Positions 22,593-35,499 of a stretch of 64,000 nucleotides of DNA are shown here, piece by piece. The DNA comes from Macrostomum lignano (taxonomy: Eukaryota). Both the position numbers and the translations under genes were made by a program. The stretch's first letter is position 1. Every line of letters begins with the position of its first letter. The DNA is taken from positions 119,687 through 183,686 of the forward strand of contig NIVC01000234.1 in assembly GCA_002269645.1 (NCBI GenBank), in the 5' to 3' direction. The notes under the pieces are model-generated. The model had not been told where the DNA came from, did no database searches, and worked only from the letters and a program-made list of their open reading frames with translations.

Positions 22593-25500
22593 TGTGTCTG
22601 TTAAATTTCTGAAATATTCATAAAAATAGTAAAATACTGGAGTAGTGTATAATAGTCATCAACAACCATGCTAACTTTGAAAATATGCAATACACTAGCT
22701 TAAGTTATAAAAGTATAATAACATACTTTAATACTTATGCCATGAAATCCTATTGTTTTGTATTATTTATTATAGAATACTCTAAGCCATATAAATTCTG
22801 AATATAAATTCTTTATTTGATCTTAAAGCCATTTAATAACAATCAATACTATGAATTAAATATTTGAAGTCTTATAATATATGCTATAGCTTATAAGCAC
22901 TTGATATAGTGCCTAGAAATAATACATAATTCTATTTTTGTGCTAAAAAATACTCTATTTTTCCTATGCACGAATGTTTCATTCTTAGAAAAACGCACAT
23001 TCAAATTCACACAAAAAAGAAATTACTAGAATTTTGTTTAAATGTTGTTCATTGTAAAAATATTAACATTTTGTTTTAAATGAGCCTGATGGCCAATATA
23101 AATAGAAGCTCCAAGCAGGCCAAGAAAGCTACTGTCCTTGACTCGTTGAGTAACTCTGAGCAAACTTTAATAAGCTCTTACTAAATCTTGAAAGCAGTCG
23201 CTTGAGAATTTGACTTGTTCATTTCTTAGAGTATAAGCCCCAAATTGGGAGTAGTATTAAGATCCGCTAAAAGCGAGAATTCGCCTCAGGGCAGTAATTG
23301 AAAATTCGCCTCAGGGTAGGAGAACCGCCTTAGAGTGAGAGAAGATCGCCTCGGGGCAGGGAAAATATAAAGCTGTGACCCTCTGATCTCGAGAACGCCA
23401 GGACTGGGAGATATAAGAGTAGACAGTGGCAATAGACCACTCAGGCAAAAGGTACAGTACATGTACAACCGCTACCATTAGATAAGTAGATGCTACCAAT
23501 ATAAGTAGATAAGCAGACGCTACCAATATTAGTAGTACATTTATATGCAAAAGTACATTAAGTAGAAAGACAGAATTAACAGGCCTGCAACAACTTTAGT
23601 GACAGCTATGGAATCATTTGTAGGGACAGAAGTTACCCCTAGCACAACTTTGGTGTCAGCAGTTGAGATTTAAACAGAGAGAACAAGAACCACTTTGACA
23701 ACTTGGTTGCAGTAGTGGGATTTCTAGAGAGAGCTAAAATGCCTGTGACAACTTGGTTGCAGCGGTGGGATAATTTCAGTGAGAGCAATTATGCCTTTGA
23801 CAACTTTGGTGGCATAATAGTGGGATTTTGTATCGTATAGGAATACCACTTTGACACACTATTAGGAAAAAAAAATTTTAATGCAAAAAATCATTATTTA
23901 ATTATCTAGATTGCTAGCTAATAAAGCAATATATTGTTGTACTCTGGCATTATAGATTGATAGAACCCACTTTGAGACCTGGAATTTTAGTATAAGACCC
24001 TTGAGTAGAGATAGAACAAAACAATTTTTTAATCAATTCAATTTGGTTCAAATATCTGATTGAACCAAATTGAATACCAATAAAAAATGCAAATAATATA
24101 CAAATAATATGCCTACCTCACTACTTATTAGTCACTTGTCAATAGTGCTAATTGATAGTTAAATGAATTCATTCTAGATAAATTACTACCATGAATTACT
24201 ATGATTAAAGTTATATGGAAATGTCTAGTCTATTATCACTACTTGAAACATATAGTGTTTAAATATTTAGCCTTATTCCCTGTAGCAGACCTCAACCAAT
24301 AGGCTTGTATCTGTCCAATAAAATGTGCATAGACCTGAGACCAAATGAAAACCCCACCCCTATAAGTTTGTATGAATCAATGCCTGCAAATCCATGTTCC
24401 ATAAACTTGATGCTGCTTCTCCTAAAGCCCCAAAGCCTCTTAAAGCCTCAGTATTCAATTTGATCACAATATGCAACTGAAACTGCTTAAGCACTCTCCT
24501 TACTTTCCTTTAGATGTACCATGTGTTGTTTTATCCTTAATTCCCTTTCTCATTTATAAGTCACAAGCCAAAAAACCCTTAATAATCACAAAGCTTTACA
24601 TGTAAACTTTTCATTTCTTAATTCCCAATTCTTATTTATCCCTAATTCTTTCCCTTTATTTCTGAGCCACAATACCAATACCCAACTTCTAGACTTGTTC
24701 AAACTTTTTATCTCATATCAAAGCAACTGATCAAGGATTTGGTATTTAGATTATCAACTTTCCAATTCTTATTTAAACAAAATATTAAGTCAATTTAAAT
24801 CATCAACATTAGAAGGTATTATCACTATTAATTAAATATATATATAGAAAGCCTACAATAGAAAATGACACATCATGGAAAATAAAGTTGTCAATACTTT
24901 ATAAATAAACTATTTAGTATGGACTTAGCAACATAGTTTCAATGCCATATGCATGCTATAGTTAGGTGGTAAGAGGCTAATGATAAGATGAATGTTTTCA
25001 CTTTCAAGGAGAGCTTTTAAGTTCCTAGGGTTTGGGACTAAAAAGGGTTGGGATATAAGGAACTATATTTTAAAGATGAATTTTTTCACTTTTATGTCTT
25101 CAATGTAAGGGCCAAAGGGAGCTTTCAAGTTCTTAGAACTTGGGATTCAAGCAACAAAGACAGATAGCAAGACACCATCTAGGCCTATCTTGACTCTAGC
25201 CACAATGTACTATTGGAAAATTCAAAAATTATGACAGGTAGTTAGATGCCTTTTGTTCACAATTATTCTAACAGGGTTTTCAACCCTAAATGTTTTTTCC
25301 TCTAAAGACTAAATGTCTAGTTGATGATGTAGACTAGAGGTCCATTTGCCCTATCACAACATTTTGACCATAGATATATTTTCATACTTTGTGCACTTTG
25401 CATTGTCTTTGCTTTTCTACCTTTTTAGCAAAACACAGAAGCCATCTATTCTAAGGGGTTTATAAGCTAAAAAAGTTATAAATAATAATTTTAAAAACTT

Positions 25501-26631
25501 GTATATATAATACTACTAAAAGTAAGCATATGGTAAAAGAGGTAACTTGTTTATTTGAAACTTGAAAGCTAATTAGTTATTTATAAAATATGAATAAGAA
25601 GGTTATTTTCTAGGTTTTTTTAGGCTATACGATAGCCACTGGCTACCCAAAAAAGCCATTGGCAACTAGATTTGTGGTATCAGAGGCCAATCTAGCAACC
25701 AACTTAAACCAAGGCAGTTGCCAATGATAAAACAGTCTCACATTTTATTACTGCTAAGATTGGCTTGGCTGAAAACCTGAAGCCTGAGCTGATTTGAGCA
25801 TATTATTTTTTCGTCAATGCGTGAAAATTGTTGCAAAAACAACTTTATAAAGTGGGACACTGAAATAGGTCAGTTGCCAGTTGGCAACTAACAATGGCAA
25901 TGGGCAACTGGATTTTGGACGAAAAAAACCCTGGTCATTTTAGTAGCATTAGAAGGCACAACAGAAAGTTAAGAAAGATTGGGAAAGAAGTGAATCATAG
26001 TGATCGATGCTCACACACAAGCTATAACAACTTTAATTCATTATTAAAGTTTATTAATTATAATAAGTTGTTATATCTGCATGATCATTATTATAAACAA
26101 AGAAAATTGGCCTAATTATGCATTTAGATAAATTTGAATATATACTGTAATATACCTTCTTATCAGACTTATGTTTTTGTTCTTTCTTTGTATATTTAGT
26201 CATTGACATTATCATTAACATTAACAATGAATCTATCATTAACTTACAAAATTATTAATGCAAATTTGTTAATCTATTAGTTCAAAAAATCTTAATAGCA
26301 GTCAATTACCCTTAATTAAAAATCAATAATGAAAAAATTATTGCTTATTAATAGACTGTTGTCCAACACTATTGACACAGTTATACACAAATTCAAATGT
26401 TGTAAAGATATGGTATTTGGTAGGCAAAATTACCTAGTCTAATCACACCTAATATAAAAAAGTAATACCATTTGACTTAGGCCTACAACTTAGGCAGCTG
26501 GCAGGCTAGTTTTTCATATTTTTTTGCTTTAGCAAATTAATTTGAGCAAATTGAGCAAATTATCAATAATTTACTAGCAGCAAAATTGTTTATTATAGTC
26601 AATTGCCAACTTATGACATTATCATTTAGGG

Positions 26632-27278
26632 TATACACTCAACAACAGTCAAAACCACCACCCTACTGAGAGAGGCAAATTCTCTTTCACTTCAACTGCA
26701 AGTGACGTAATTGTGCCACAGTGTGGCTAAAGCTAAGTGAGAGTAAAAAAGGGACTGGGATTGGTAGATTAGGGTTAGGGATGCAATATTTAATTTATTG
26801 TATACATGACAATAATGGTCAGGCATTTGACAGACACTGAACGATGTGCACTGTTGGCATGCTAGAAGCTGGTGCATTTATCAGCACAATTGCTTGCTAA
26901 TTTGGCCAATCATGTTCAACAATGCAAGCGCTATTAACAAAGTCCCAAGAGACAGAGACTGGTAGTGTTCACAATGCAGCCATAGGCAGCCAGTGCCATG
27001 ATCTCTGCAGCTCAACAGCCAGGGCAAATTGACATCTGCTGTGGATAGTCAGGCGAACTCTGACCACGCCAGCCACCTGGCTCTATCTTATATTAACTGC
27101 AAGCTGACTGCTAATCTGCTAAGTAAAGTGCATCCCCTAATTGCCCTCTCCTGCATCACTCTCACCCAGCTTTAGCCACACCATGGTGCAAGTTACGTCA
27201 CTTGCAGTTAAGGTGAGAGAGAAGTCGCCTCTCTTGACTCTTGGTAGGGTGGCAGTTTTGACTGTTGCTGAGTGTATA
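26632..27278. mobile_element. ~650-bp non-autonomous TIR element (MITE/foldback, TA-flanked, Tc1/mariner-like)
   Basis: Imperfect inverted repeats of about 120 bp: ta|tacactcaacaacagtcaaaaccaccaccctac...gtggctaaagctaagtgagagt vs actctcacccagctttagccacac...gtagggtggcagttttgactgttgctgagtgta|ta. An extra partial end lies at 27421-27457. Confidence 0.7.
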
Positions 27279-27676
27279 CCACTTGACTTACAACTTAGGC
27301 AGGCTATCGTTTTTCATATTTTTTGCTTTAGGGCCTAATTGTTTTTTGTCAGCGTTAAAAACCTGGTTAAAAATGAAAATGCCAAATTTTTAGTAAAATT
27401 TTACCAAGAAGCACAAAGCTCGGTAGGGTGGCGGTTTTGACTGTTTCTGAGTGTAGTAAGCCTAGGTCTAGGCCCTAGGCCTAGGCAAACATTAAAAAAA
27501 ACAAGACTAAGTACGAGACTATTTCTTTGTCATAGGACATAGAAGCATGTTATTTGAAAAAAATTATTATATTATAATAGGAGAATAGAAAGAATGTAAT
27601 ACTTTTATTAGGATAATCAGCATTGAAACAATAATGAACATCAATACATATGTATGCTTTGGCTGCCGCTGCTGAT

Positions 27677-29273
27677 AGTAGTAGTAGTAGTAAGTTGGCT
27701 CAGGCAAGAAGCCTGTTTGGCCAGTATATTTCTGTGTATTTAAGTTATTTTAGCATTAGTTGTTCAAAAGGTTAAATTTGTTCAAAAGGTTAAATTTTTA
27801 CACGAGTTACGATGCGAGTTACGATATTTGTAAAATTATTAAGGTATTTGAAAGAGCGTTTTTTGTAAAAAGATGTAGTATTTTGCAAGTGCGCAATATT
27901 TCAAAGCGTGAAAAACGAACGAAAAATGAACAAAAACGAACTTCGAAAGAACTTTAACGTTAAACGAATAGCGACGATTTAAATAGGTATTAGATAGGAA
28001 ACTAATTAAATACTAATTAAATGCTAATTAAATAGGAAATTAAAAAGACAGTAAATGAATAAACAAAAGAAAAGCGGATTTATTACACTGCTGATATGTC
28101 TGTTTCAGTTTGCATAACTGTTTTAGCTATTCATGACTTCAAATATTTTAGCTACACCAGTGAGCTCTTTTCTGACTCTTTTTTCATTTGTAGCATATCC
28201 TAACTTGTGTACTTGCTTGTCATTTAAGAGGTACTGACAGAAGTATTTTTTTCTGATCTTTTCAGTTTGTGGACATTCGGTCAAGTAGTGTAGGATATCG
28301 GAACCATTTCTCGCTCCTCACAGTCTACATGCTTCATGAGAGAAAATGTTGGGTGTAATTTCGCATTTCAGTTTTAGGAGGGTTGTTAGGAATTTTTTGT
28401 TTCTAAATGTACATGGAAAGTAATCTGAAAGGTCGGGCCCGCAGATTTTTTTGTAGAGATAGGCGTTTTTGTAGAGTTTAATATGTTGCTGATTCTCTAG
28501 CTTTTGGCTAAGTTCTCTTTCTCTGTGTATCTTGAGGTGCTTTTTCACTAGGTATTTCTCGTTATTAAAGCTTTGGGAAAGTTTATCTTCAGTTAGTGCT
28601 TTTAAGTCTATACTTTCCAGTTTCTTTAGTACATTTGTTTTCCATGGATTTTTTTGGCTGGTGTTTGAGTAGAAAATTTCTAGAGTCGTTTGGCAGAGTT
28701 TTTTGTGTCTAATCTTCAGCCAGTAGATGAGGTAGGTTTTAGCGATTCGTTGAGAGATTGGAGTAACCTCAAGTTCTGATGATATCACACTGTTGCTAGC
28801 AAATTTTGGTAGATTGAGGAGATATTTGTAGAATTTCAGCTGAATATTATCAATAGCTTTTGTATCAGACATGGTAGCCATAGGGCCCCAGAGCTCACAA
28901 CCGTAAGTGATAACGGGGGTAACAAGCGCGTCAAATAGTCTGCGAATGAGTGTGATGTCTAGGGACGTATTCTTTACCCTATGGAGTAGGGAAAACATGG
29001 CTGTATATCCCTGCTTAGTTTGGTGTTCAATACATTTTTTAAAGCTGTTTTTTGGTTCAAAAATAATTCCCAGGTATTTAAATTCATTTACTTCTTCTAT
29101 TTATTGGTTGTCGTAGTATATTTTTGTAGCAATGCTATCTGTGTCGTTTTTTTGTCTGGTATTGCCCTGCATAAACTTTGTTTTGCTTGCGTTTACTTTC
29201 AAGTAATTTTGTTTGCAGTAATTTTCCATAGTCGTAAATGTGTCTTGAAGTTCGTCTTTGTTTTTAGCTAGAA
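27677..29273 (-). mobile_element. Non-LTR retrotransposon (RTE/RTE-X-like LINE), 3' segment, degenerate
   Basis: One frame 29273-28123: ILAKNKDELQD...LKVNASKTKFM...IEEVNEFKYLGIIF...LFDALVTPVITYGCELWG...CRL*GARNGSDILHYLTECP (C-terminal zinc knuckle), with two premature stops. Candidate (ACT)5 tail at 27677-27691 and candidate 9-bp TSD gctgctgat at 27668-27676 / 51491-51499. Confidence 0.85.
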
Positions 29274-29414
29274 CTAGCAATCTTCGCCCCCGATGGGGGA
29301 CATCTGGATAGAATCTCTGTTTTCTACAAGTAACAAAAAGACAGCCAAAAATCCTTCAAAAAGACAACAGACAAACTGCTCAAATGAAGTGCATTGCAAA
29401 AAGAAATCATCCCA

Positions 29415-29705
29415 AGACTGCAAGCATCCCTCAGATAGCAAGCATCCCCCAGATAGCAAGCATCCTCCAGATAGCAAGCATCCCCCAGATTGCAAGCATC
29501 CCCCAGATTGCAAGCATCCCCCGGATAGCAAGCATCCCCAAGATAGCAAGCATCCCCCAGATAGCAAGCATCACCCAGATAGCAAGCATCACCCAGATAG
29601 CAAGCATCCCCCAGATAGCAAGCATCCCCCAGATAGCAAGCATCCCCCAGATAGCAAGCATCCCCAAGATAGCAAGCATCCCCCAGATAGCAAGCATCCC
29701 CAAGA
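29415..29705. repeat. 18-bp array (gatagcaagcatccccca), Helitron unit 1; equivalents at 32863-33240 and 35034-35412
   Basis: Direct reading. The DSKHPP, LGDACY and QIASIP ORFs are artefacts. Confidence 0.95.
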
Positions 29706-29829
29706 TAGATAGCATTCCCAAAAAACAAGCATCCACCAGACAATAAGTAGCTAGTGCGACAATTTCCTTAGCATCCTTAGCATCCTTAGCGGCTCCTTTA
29801 AAATTCGCTTACTTTTACGTTTGAAATTG

Positions 29830-32130
29830 TGTATCTTTTATGTTTAACAGGGTGGCTCTTTTTTGTTCTACGCTCGTACATGGTAACTCTTTTATGTTTG
29901 ATACGGTGGCTTTTTAATGTCTGACATGGTGGCTCTTCTATGTTTGACATGGGGGCTCTTCTATGTTTGACATGGGGGCTCTTTAATGTTCAAAAAGGTG
30001 GCTCTTTAATGTTAGACAAAGTAGCTCTTTAATGTTTGACATGATGGCTCTTTAATGTTGGACATGGTGGCTCTTTAATTTTTGACATGGTGGCTCTTTA
30101 ATGTTGGACATGGTGGCTCTTTAATGTTAGACATGGTGGCTCTTTAATGTTCGACATAAAGTCACTTATATGTATGACATAATGGCTCTTTTATGTTTGA
30201 CATAGTGGCTCTTTAATGTTCGACATGGTGGCTCTTTTATGTTCGACATGGTGGCTCTTTTATGTTCGACATGGTGGCTCTTTAACGTTTGACATGGGGT
30301 CTCTTCAATGTTTGACATGGAGTCATGTATATGTTTGACATGGTGGCTCTTGTATTTTTAACATGTTGGCTCTTTAATGTTCGACATGGTGGCTCTTTAA
30401 TGTCTAACATGGAGTCACGTATATGTTTGACATGGAGTCATGTATATGTCTGATATGGTAGCTCTTTAATGTTTTACATGGAGTCACGTATATGTTTCAC
30501 ATGGTGGCTATTTTATGTTTGACTTGGTGGTTCTTAAATGTTCGACATGGTGGCTCTTTAATGTTTTAACATGGTGGCACTTTCATGTTTGACCTGGTGG
30601 CTCTTTAATGTTTTACATGGTGGCTCTTCAATGTTTGACATGGAGTCATGTATATGTTTGACCTGGTGGCTCTTTAATGTTTGACATGGTGGCTTTTTAA
30701 TATTTGACATGGTGGCACTTTCATGTTTGACCTGGTGGGTCTTTAATGTTTGACATGGTACCTCTTTTATGTTCGACATAGTGGCTCTTTAATGTTTTAC
30801 ATGGTGGCTCTTTAATGTTTGACATGGTGACTCTTTTATGTTCTACATGGTGGCTCTTTTATGTTCGACATGGTGGCTCTTTAATGTTTGACAAGGTGGC
30901 TCTTTAATGTTCGACATGGTGGCTCTTTTAGGTTTGAAATGGTGGCTCTTTAATGTTCGACATTGTGGCTCTTTAATGTGTGACATGGTGGCTTTTTAAT
31001 GTTCGACATGGTGGCTCTTTTAGGTTTGAAATGGTGGCTCTTTAATGTTTGACATGGTGGCTTTTTAATGTTTGACATGGTGGCTCTTTAATGTTGGACA
31101 TGGTGGCTCTTTAATGTTTGACATGGTGGCTCTTTAATTTTCGAAATGTTGGCTGTTTTATGTTTGACATGGTGGCTCTTTAATGTTCGACATGGTGGCT
31201 CTTTAATGTTTGACATGGTAGTTCTTTTATGTTTGATATGGTGGCTCTTTTATGTTCGACATGGTGGCTCTTTTAGGTTTGAAATGGTGGCTCTTTAATG
31301 TTCGACATTGTGGCTCTTTAATGTTTGACATGGTGGCTTTTTAATGTTCGACATGGTGGCTCTTTTAGGTTTGAAATGGTGGCTCTTTAATGTTTGACAT
31401 GGTGGCTTTTTAATGTTCGACATGGTGGCTCTTTAATGTTGGACATGGTGGCTTTTTAATGTTTGACATGGTGGCTCTTTAATTTTCGAAATGTTGGCTG
31501 TTTTATGTTTGACATGGTGCCTCTTTAATGTTCGACATGGTGGCTCTTCAATGTTTGACATGGTAGTTCTTTTATGTTTGATATGGTGGCTCTTTTATGT
31601 TCGACATGGTGGCTCTTTTAGGTTTGAAATGGTGGCTCTTTAATGTTCGACATTGTGGCTCTTTAATGTTTGACATGGTGGCTTTTTAATGTTCGACATG
31701 GTGGCTCTTTTAGGTTTGAAATGGTGGCTCTTTAATGTTTGAGATGGTGGCTTTTTAATGTTCGACATGGTGGCTCTTTAATGTTCGACATGGTGGCTCT
31801 TTAATGTTTGACATTGTGGCTCTTTAATGTTTGACATGGTAGCGTTTTAATGTTCGACATGGTGGCTCTTTAATGTTCGACATGGTGGCTCTTTTAGGTT
31901 TGAAATGGTGGCTCTTTAATGTTTGACATTGTGGCTCTTTAATGTTTGACATGGTAGCTTTTTAATGTTCGACATGGTGGCTCTTTTAGGTTTGAAATGG
32001 TGGCTCTTTAATGTTTGACATGGTGGCTTTTTAATGTTCGACATGGTGGCTCTTTAATGTTCTTAATGGTAACTCTTTTATGTTCGACATGGTGGCTCTT
32101 GTATGTTTGACATTGCGCTTCTTTTATGTT
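29830..32130. repeat. 23-bp satellite (gacatggtggctctttaatgttt), Helitron unit 1
   Basis: Period 23 (gacatgg at 30061, 30084, 30107); about 100 diverged monomers. Confidence 0.96.
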
Positions 32131-33319
32131 TAGCAGTTTTTTGTTTTTAAGGTGTTTTAATAAAAAAATCATTTTGCGCTACCAAGATTCGAACCCAGGT
32201 CGCTACATTAGCAGTCCAGTCTGTTCGCATCTAGGCTATCTTTTTTCAATTGGAGCACATGAATTGTGGCCCTTATAATTCAATTCTTACAGCAAGTCGG
32301 TTAGAGTAAAAATTTATGACATAATCAATTTCTCAGTCAGCCAGTATCAGTCTTAATTTAAGTTAGCAATATTGTTACGCAATTTTAATCAAGTCTTGTG
32401 TGCGTTTCTGTGGCACTGTTTTCACCTTGTTGTGATTCAATCTTTATTAGAATTGAAATTCAGCCAGTCAGTTTTTTCTCTAGCATTCTTACAATGCATT
32501 TCAGGTCGAAAGAGCTTCTTGACCTTTGCAGAAAAGCATGTTTTTCGAATATTTAATCCCTTTAACATTGAGCAATCTCTTAGCCAAGATGCATGTACCG
32601 CCCCAGGAAAATTTCTGATCGAATGGTGCAAGTTTGAAGAAAATCGGTTGAGCCAATTTTTCTGAAATCTATCGCATACCCACATACCCACAGACAACTC
32701 ATTTTTAGTATATAGGACTAGCAATCTTCGCCCCCCGTTGGGGGACATCTGTATAGAATCTCTGTTCTCTACAAGTAACAAAAAGATAGCCAAAAAAAGC
32801 CTTCACAAAGAAAACAGACAAAATACTCAAAGGAAGTGCAATGCAGAAAGAAATCATCCCAAGACAGCAAGCATCCCCCAGATAGCAAGCATCCTCCAGA
32901 TTGCAAGCAACCCTTGGATAGCAAGCATCCCCCAGATAGCAAGCATCCCCCAGATAGCAAGCATCCCCTAGATAGCAACCATCCCCCAGATAGCAAGCAT
33001 CCTCCAGATAGCAAGCATCCCCCAGATAGCAAGCATACTCCAGATAGCAAGCATCCCCCAGATAGCAAGCATCCCCCAGATAGCAAGCATCCCTCAGATA
33101 GCAAGCATCCCCCAGATAGCAAGCATCCCCAGATAGCAAGCATCCCCCAGATAGCAAGCATCCCTCAGATAGCAAGCATCCCCCAGATAGCAAGCATCCC
33201 CCAGATAGCAAGCATCCCCCAGATAGCAAGCATCCACCAGACAATAAGTAGCTAGTGCGACAATTTCCTTAGCATTATAGTGGCTCCTTTAAAATTCGCT
33301 TACTTTTACGTTTGAAATT

Positions 33320-34300
33320 GTGTAAATTTTATGCTTGACATGGTGGCTCTTTTATGTTCTACATGGCAACTCTTTTATGTTTGAAACAATGGCTTTTTAA
33401 TGTCTGACATGGTGGCTCTTTTATGTTTTACATGGTGGCTGTTTTATGCTTGACATGGTGGCTCTTTAATGTTTAACCTGGTGGCTCTTTTATGTTTGAC
33501 ACAGTGGCTCTTTAATGTTCGACAAAGTGGCTATTTAATGTTTGACAAGGTGGCTTTTAAATGTTCAAAATGGTGGCTCTTTAATGTTTGACATAAAGAC
33601 ACATATATGTTTGACATGGTGGCTCTTTAATGTTCGACAAAGTGGCTATTTAATGTTTGACAAGGTGGCTTTTAAATGTTCAAAATGGTGGCTCTTTAAT
33701 GTTTGACATAAAGACACATATATGTTTGACATGGTGGCTCTTAAATGTTTGACATGGTGGCTCTTTAATGTTTGACATGGTGGCTCTTTAATGTTCTAAA
33801 TGGTGGCTCTTTTATGTTCTACATGGCAACTCTTTTATGTTTGAAACAATGGCTTTTTAATGTCTGACATGGTGGCTCTTTTATGTTTTACATGGTGGCT
33901 CTTTTATGTTTGACACAGTGGCTCTTTAATGTTCGACAAAGTGGCTATTTATTGTTTGACAAGGTGGCTTTTAAATGTTCAAAATGGTGGCTCTTTAATG
34001 TTTGACATAAAGACACATATATGTTTGACATGGTGGCTCTTAAATGTTTGACATGGTGGCTCTTTAATGTTTGACATGGTGGCTCTTTAATGTTCTAAAT
34101 GGTGGCTCTTTAATGTTTGACATGGTAGCTCTTTTATGTTCGACATGGTGGCTCTTTTAGGTTTGACATGGTGGCTCTTTTAGGTTTGACATGGTGGCTC
34201 TTTAATGTTCGACATGGTGGCTCTTTAATGTTCTTAATGGTAACTCTTTTATGTTCGACATGGTGGCTCTTGTATGTTTGACATTGCGCTTCTTTTATGT
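33320..34300. repeat. 23-bp satellite, Helitron unit 2
   Basis: Same monomer as 29830-32130. Confidence 0.95.
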
Positions 34301-35499
34301 TTAGCAGTTTTTTGTTTTTAAGGTGTTTTAATAAAAAAATCATTTTGCGCTACCAAGATTCGAACCCAGGTCGCTACATTAGCAGTCCAGTCTGTTCGCA
34401 TCTAGGCTATCTTTTTTCAATTGGAGCACATGAATTGTGGCCCTTATGATTCAATTCTTACAGCAAGTCGGTTAGAGTAAAAATTTATGACATAATCAAT
34501 TTCTCAGTCAGCCAGTATCAGTCTTAATTTAAGTTAGCAATATTGTTACGCAATTTTAATCAAGTCTTGTGTGCGTTTCTGTGGCACTGTTTTCACCTTG
34601 TTGTGATTCAATCTTTATCAGAATTGAAATTCAGCCAGTCAGTTTTTTCTCTAGCATTCTTACAATGCATTTCAGGTCGAAAGAGCTTCTTGACCTTTGC
34701 AGAAAAGCATGTTTTTCGAATATTTAATCCCTTTAACATTGAGCAATCTCTTAGCCAAGATGCATGTACCGCCCCAGGAAAATTTCTGATCGAATGGTGC
34801 AAGTTTGAAGAAAATCGGTTGAGCCAATTTTTCTGAAATCTATCGCATACCCACATACCCACAGACAACTCATTTTTAGTATATAGGACTAGCAATCTTC
34901 GCCCCCCGTTGGGGGACATCTGTATAGAATCTCTGTTCTCTACAAGTAACAAAAAGATAGCCAAAAAAAAGCCTTCACAAAGAAAACAGACAAAATACTC
35001 AAAGGAAGTGCAATGCAGAAAGAAATCATCCCAAGACAGCAAGCATCCCCCAGATAGCAAGCATCCTCCAGATTGCAAGCAACCCTTGGATAGCAAGCAT
35101 CCCCCAGATAGCAAGCATCCCCCAGATAGCAAGCATCCCCTAGATAGCAACCATCCCCCAGATAGCAAGCATCCTCCAGATAGCAAGCATCCCCCAGATA
35201 GCAAGCATACTCCAGATAGCAAGCATCACCCAGATAGCAAGCATCCCCCAGATAGCAAGCATCCCTCAGATAGCAAGCATCCCCCAGATAGCAAGCATCC
35301 CCCAGATAGCAAGCATCCCCCAGATAGCAAGCATCCCTCAGATAGCAAGCATCCCCCAGATAGCAAGCATCCCCCAGATAGCAAGCATCCCCCAGATAGC
35401 AAGCATCCACCAGACAATAAGTAGCTAGTGCGACAATTTCCTTAGCATTATAGTGGCTCCTTTAAAATTCGCTTACTTTTACGTTTGAAATTGTGTAAA

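Noticed and set aside
23277-23370. Three short ttcgcctcaggg-like repeats as a promoter element
   Set aside because: Too short and unanchored to assign a function.
25872-25889. Palindrome agttgcca-gt-tggcaact as an RFX X-box
   Set aside because: The half-site spacing (4 nt) exceeds the usual 0-3 and no nearby gene start is evident.
29293-35424. DSKHPP/LGDACY/QIASIP repeat ORFs as repetitive proteins
   Set aside because: They are translations of the 18-bp array inside a non-coding Helitron and are open in many frames.
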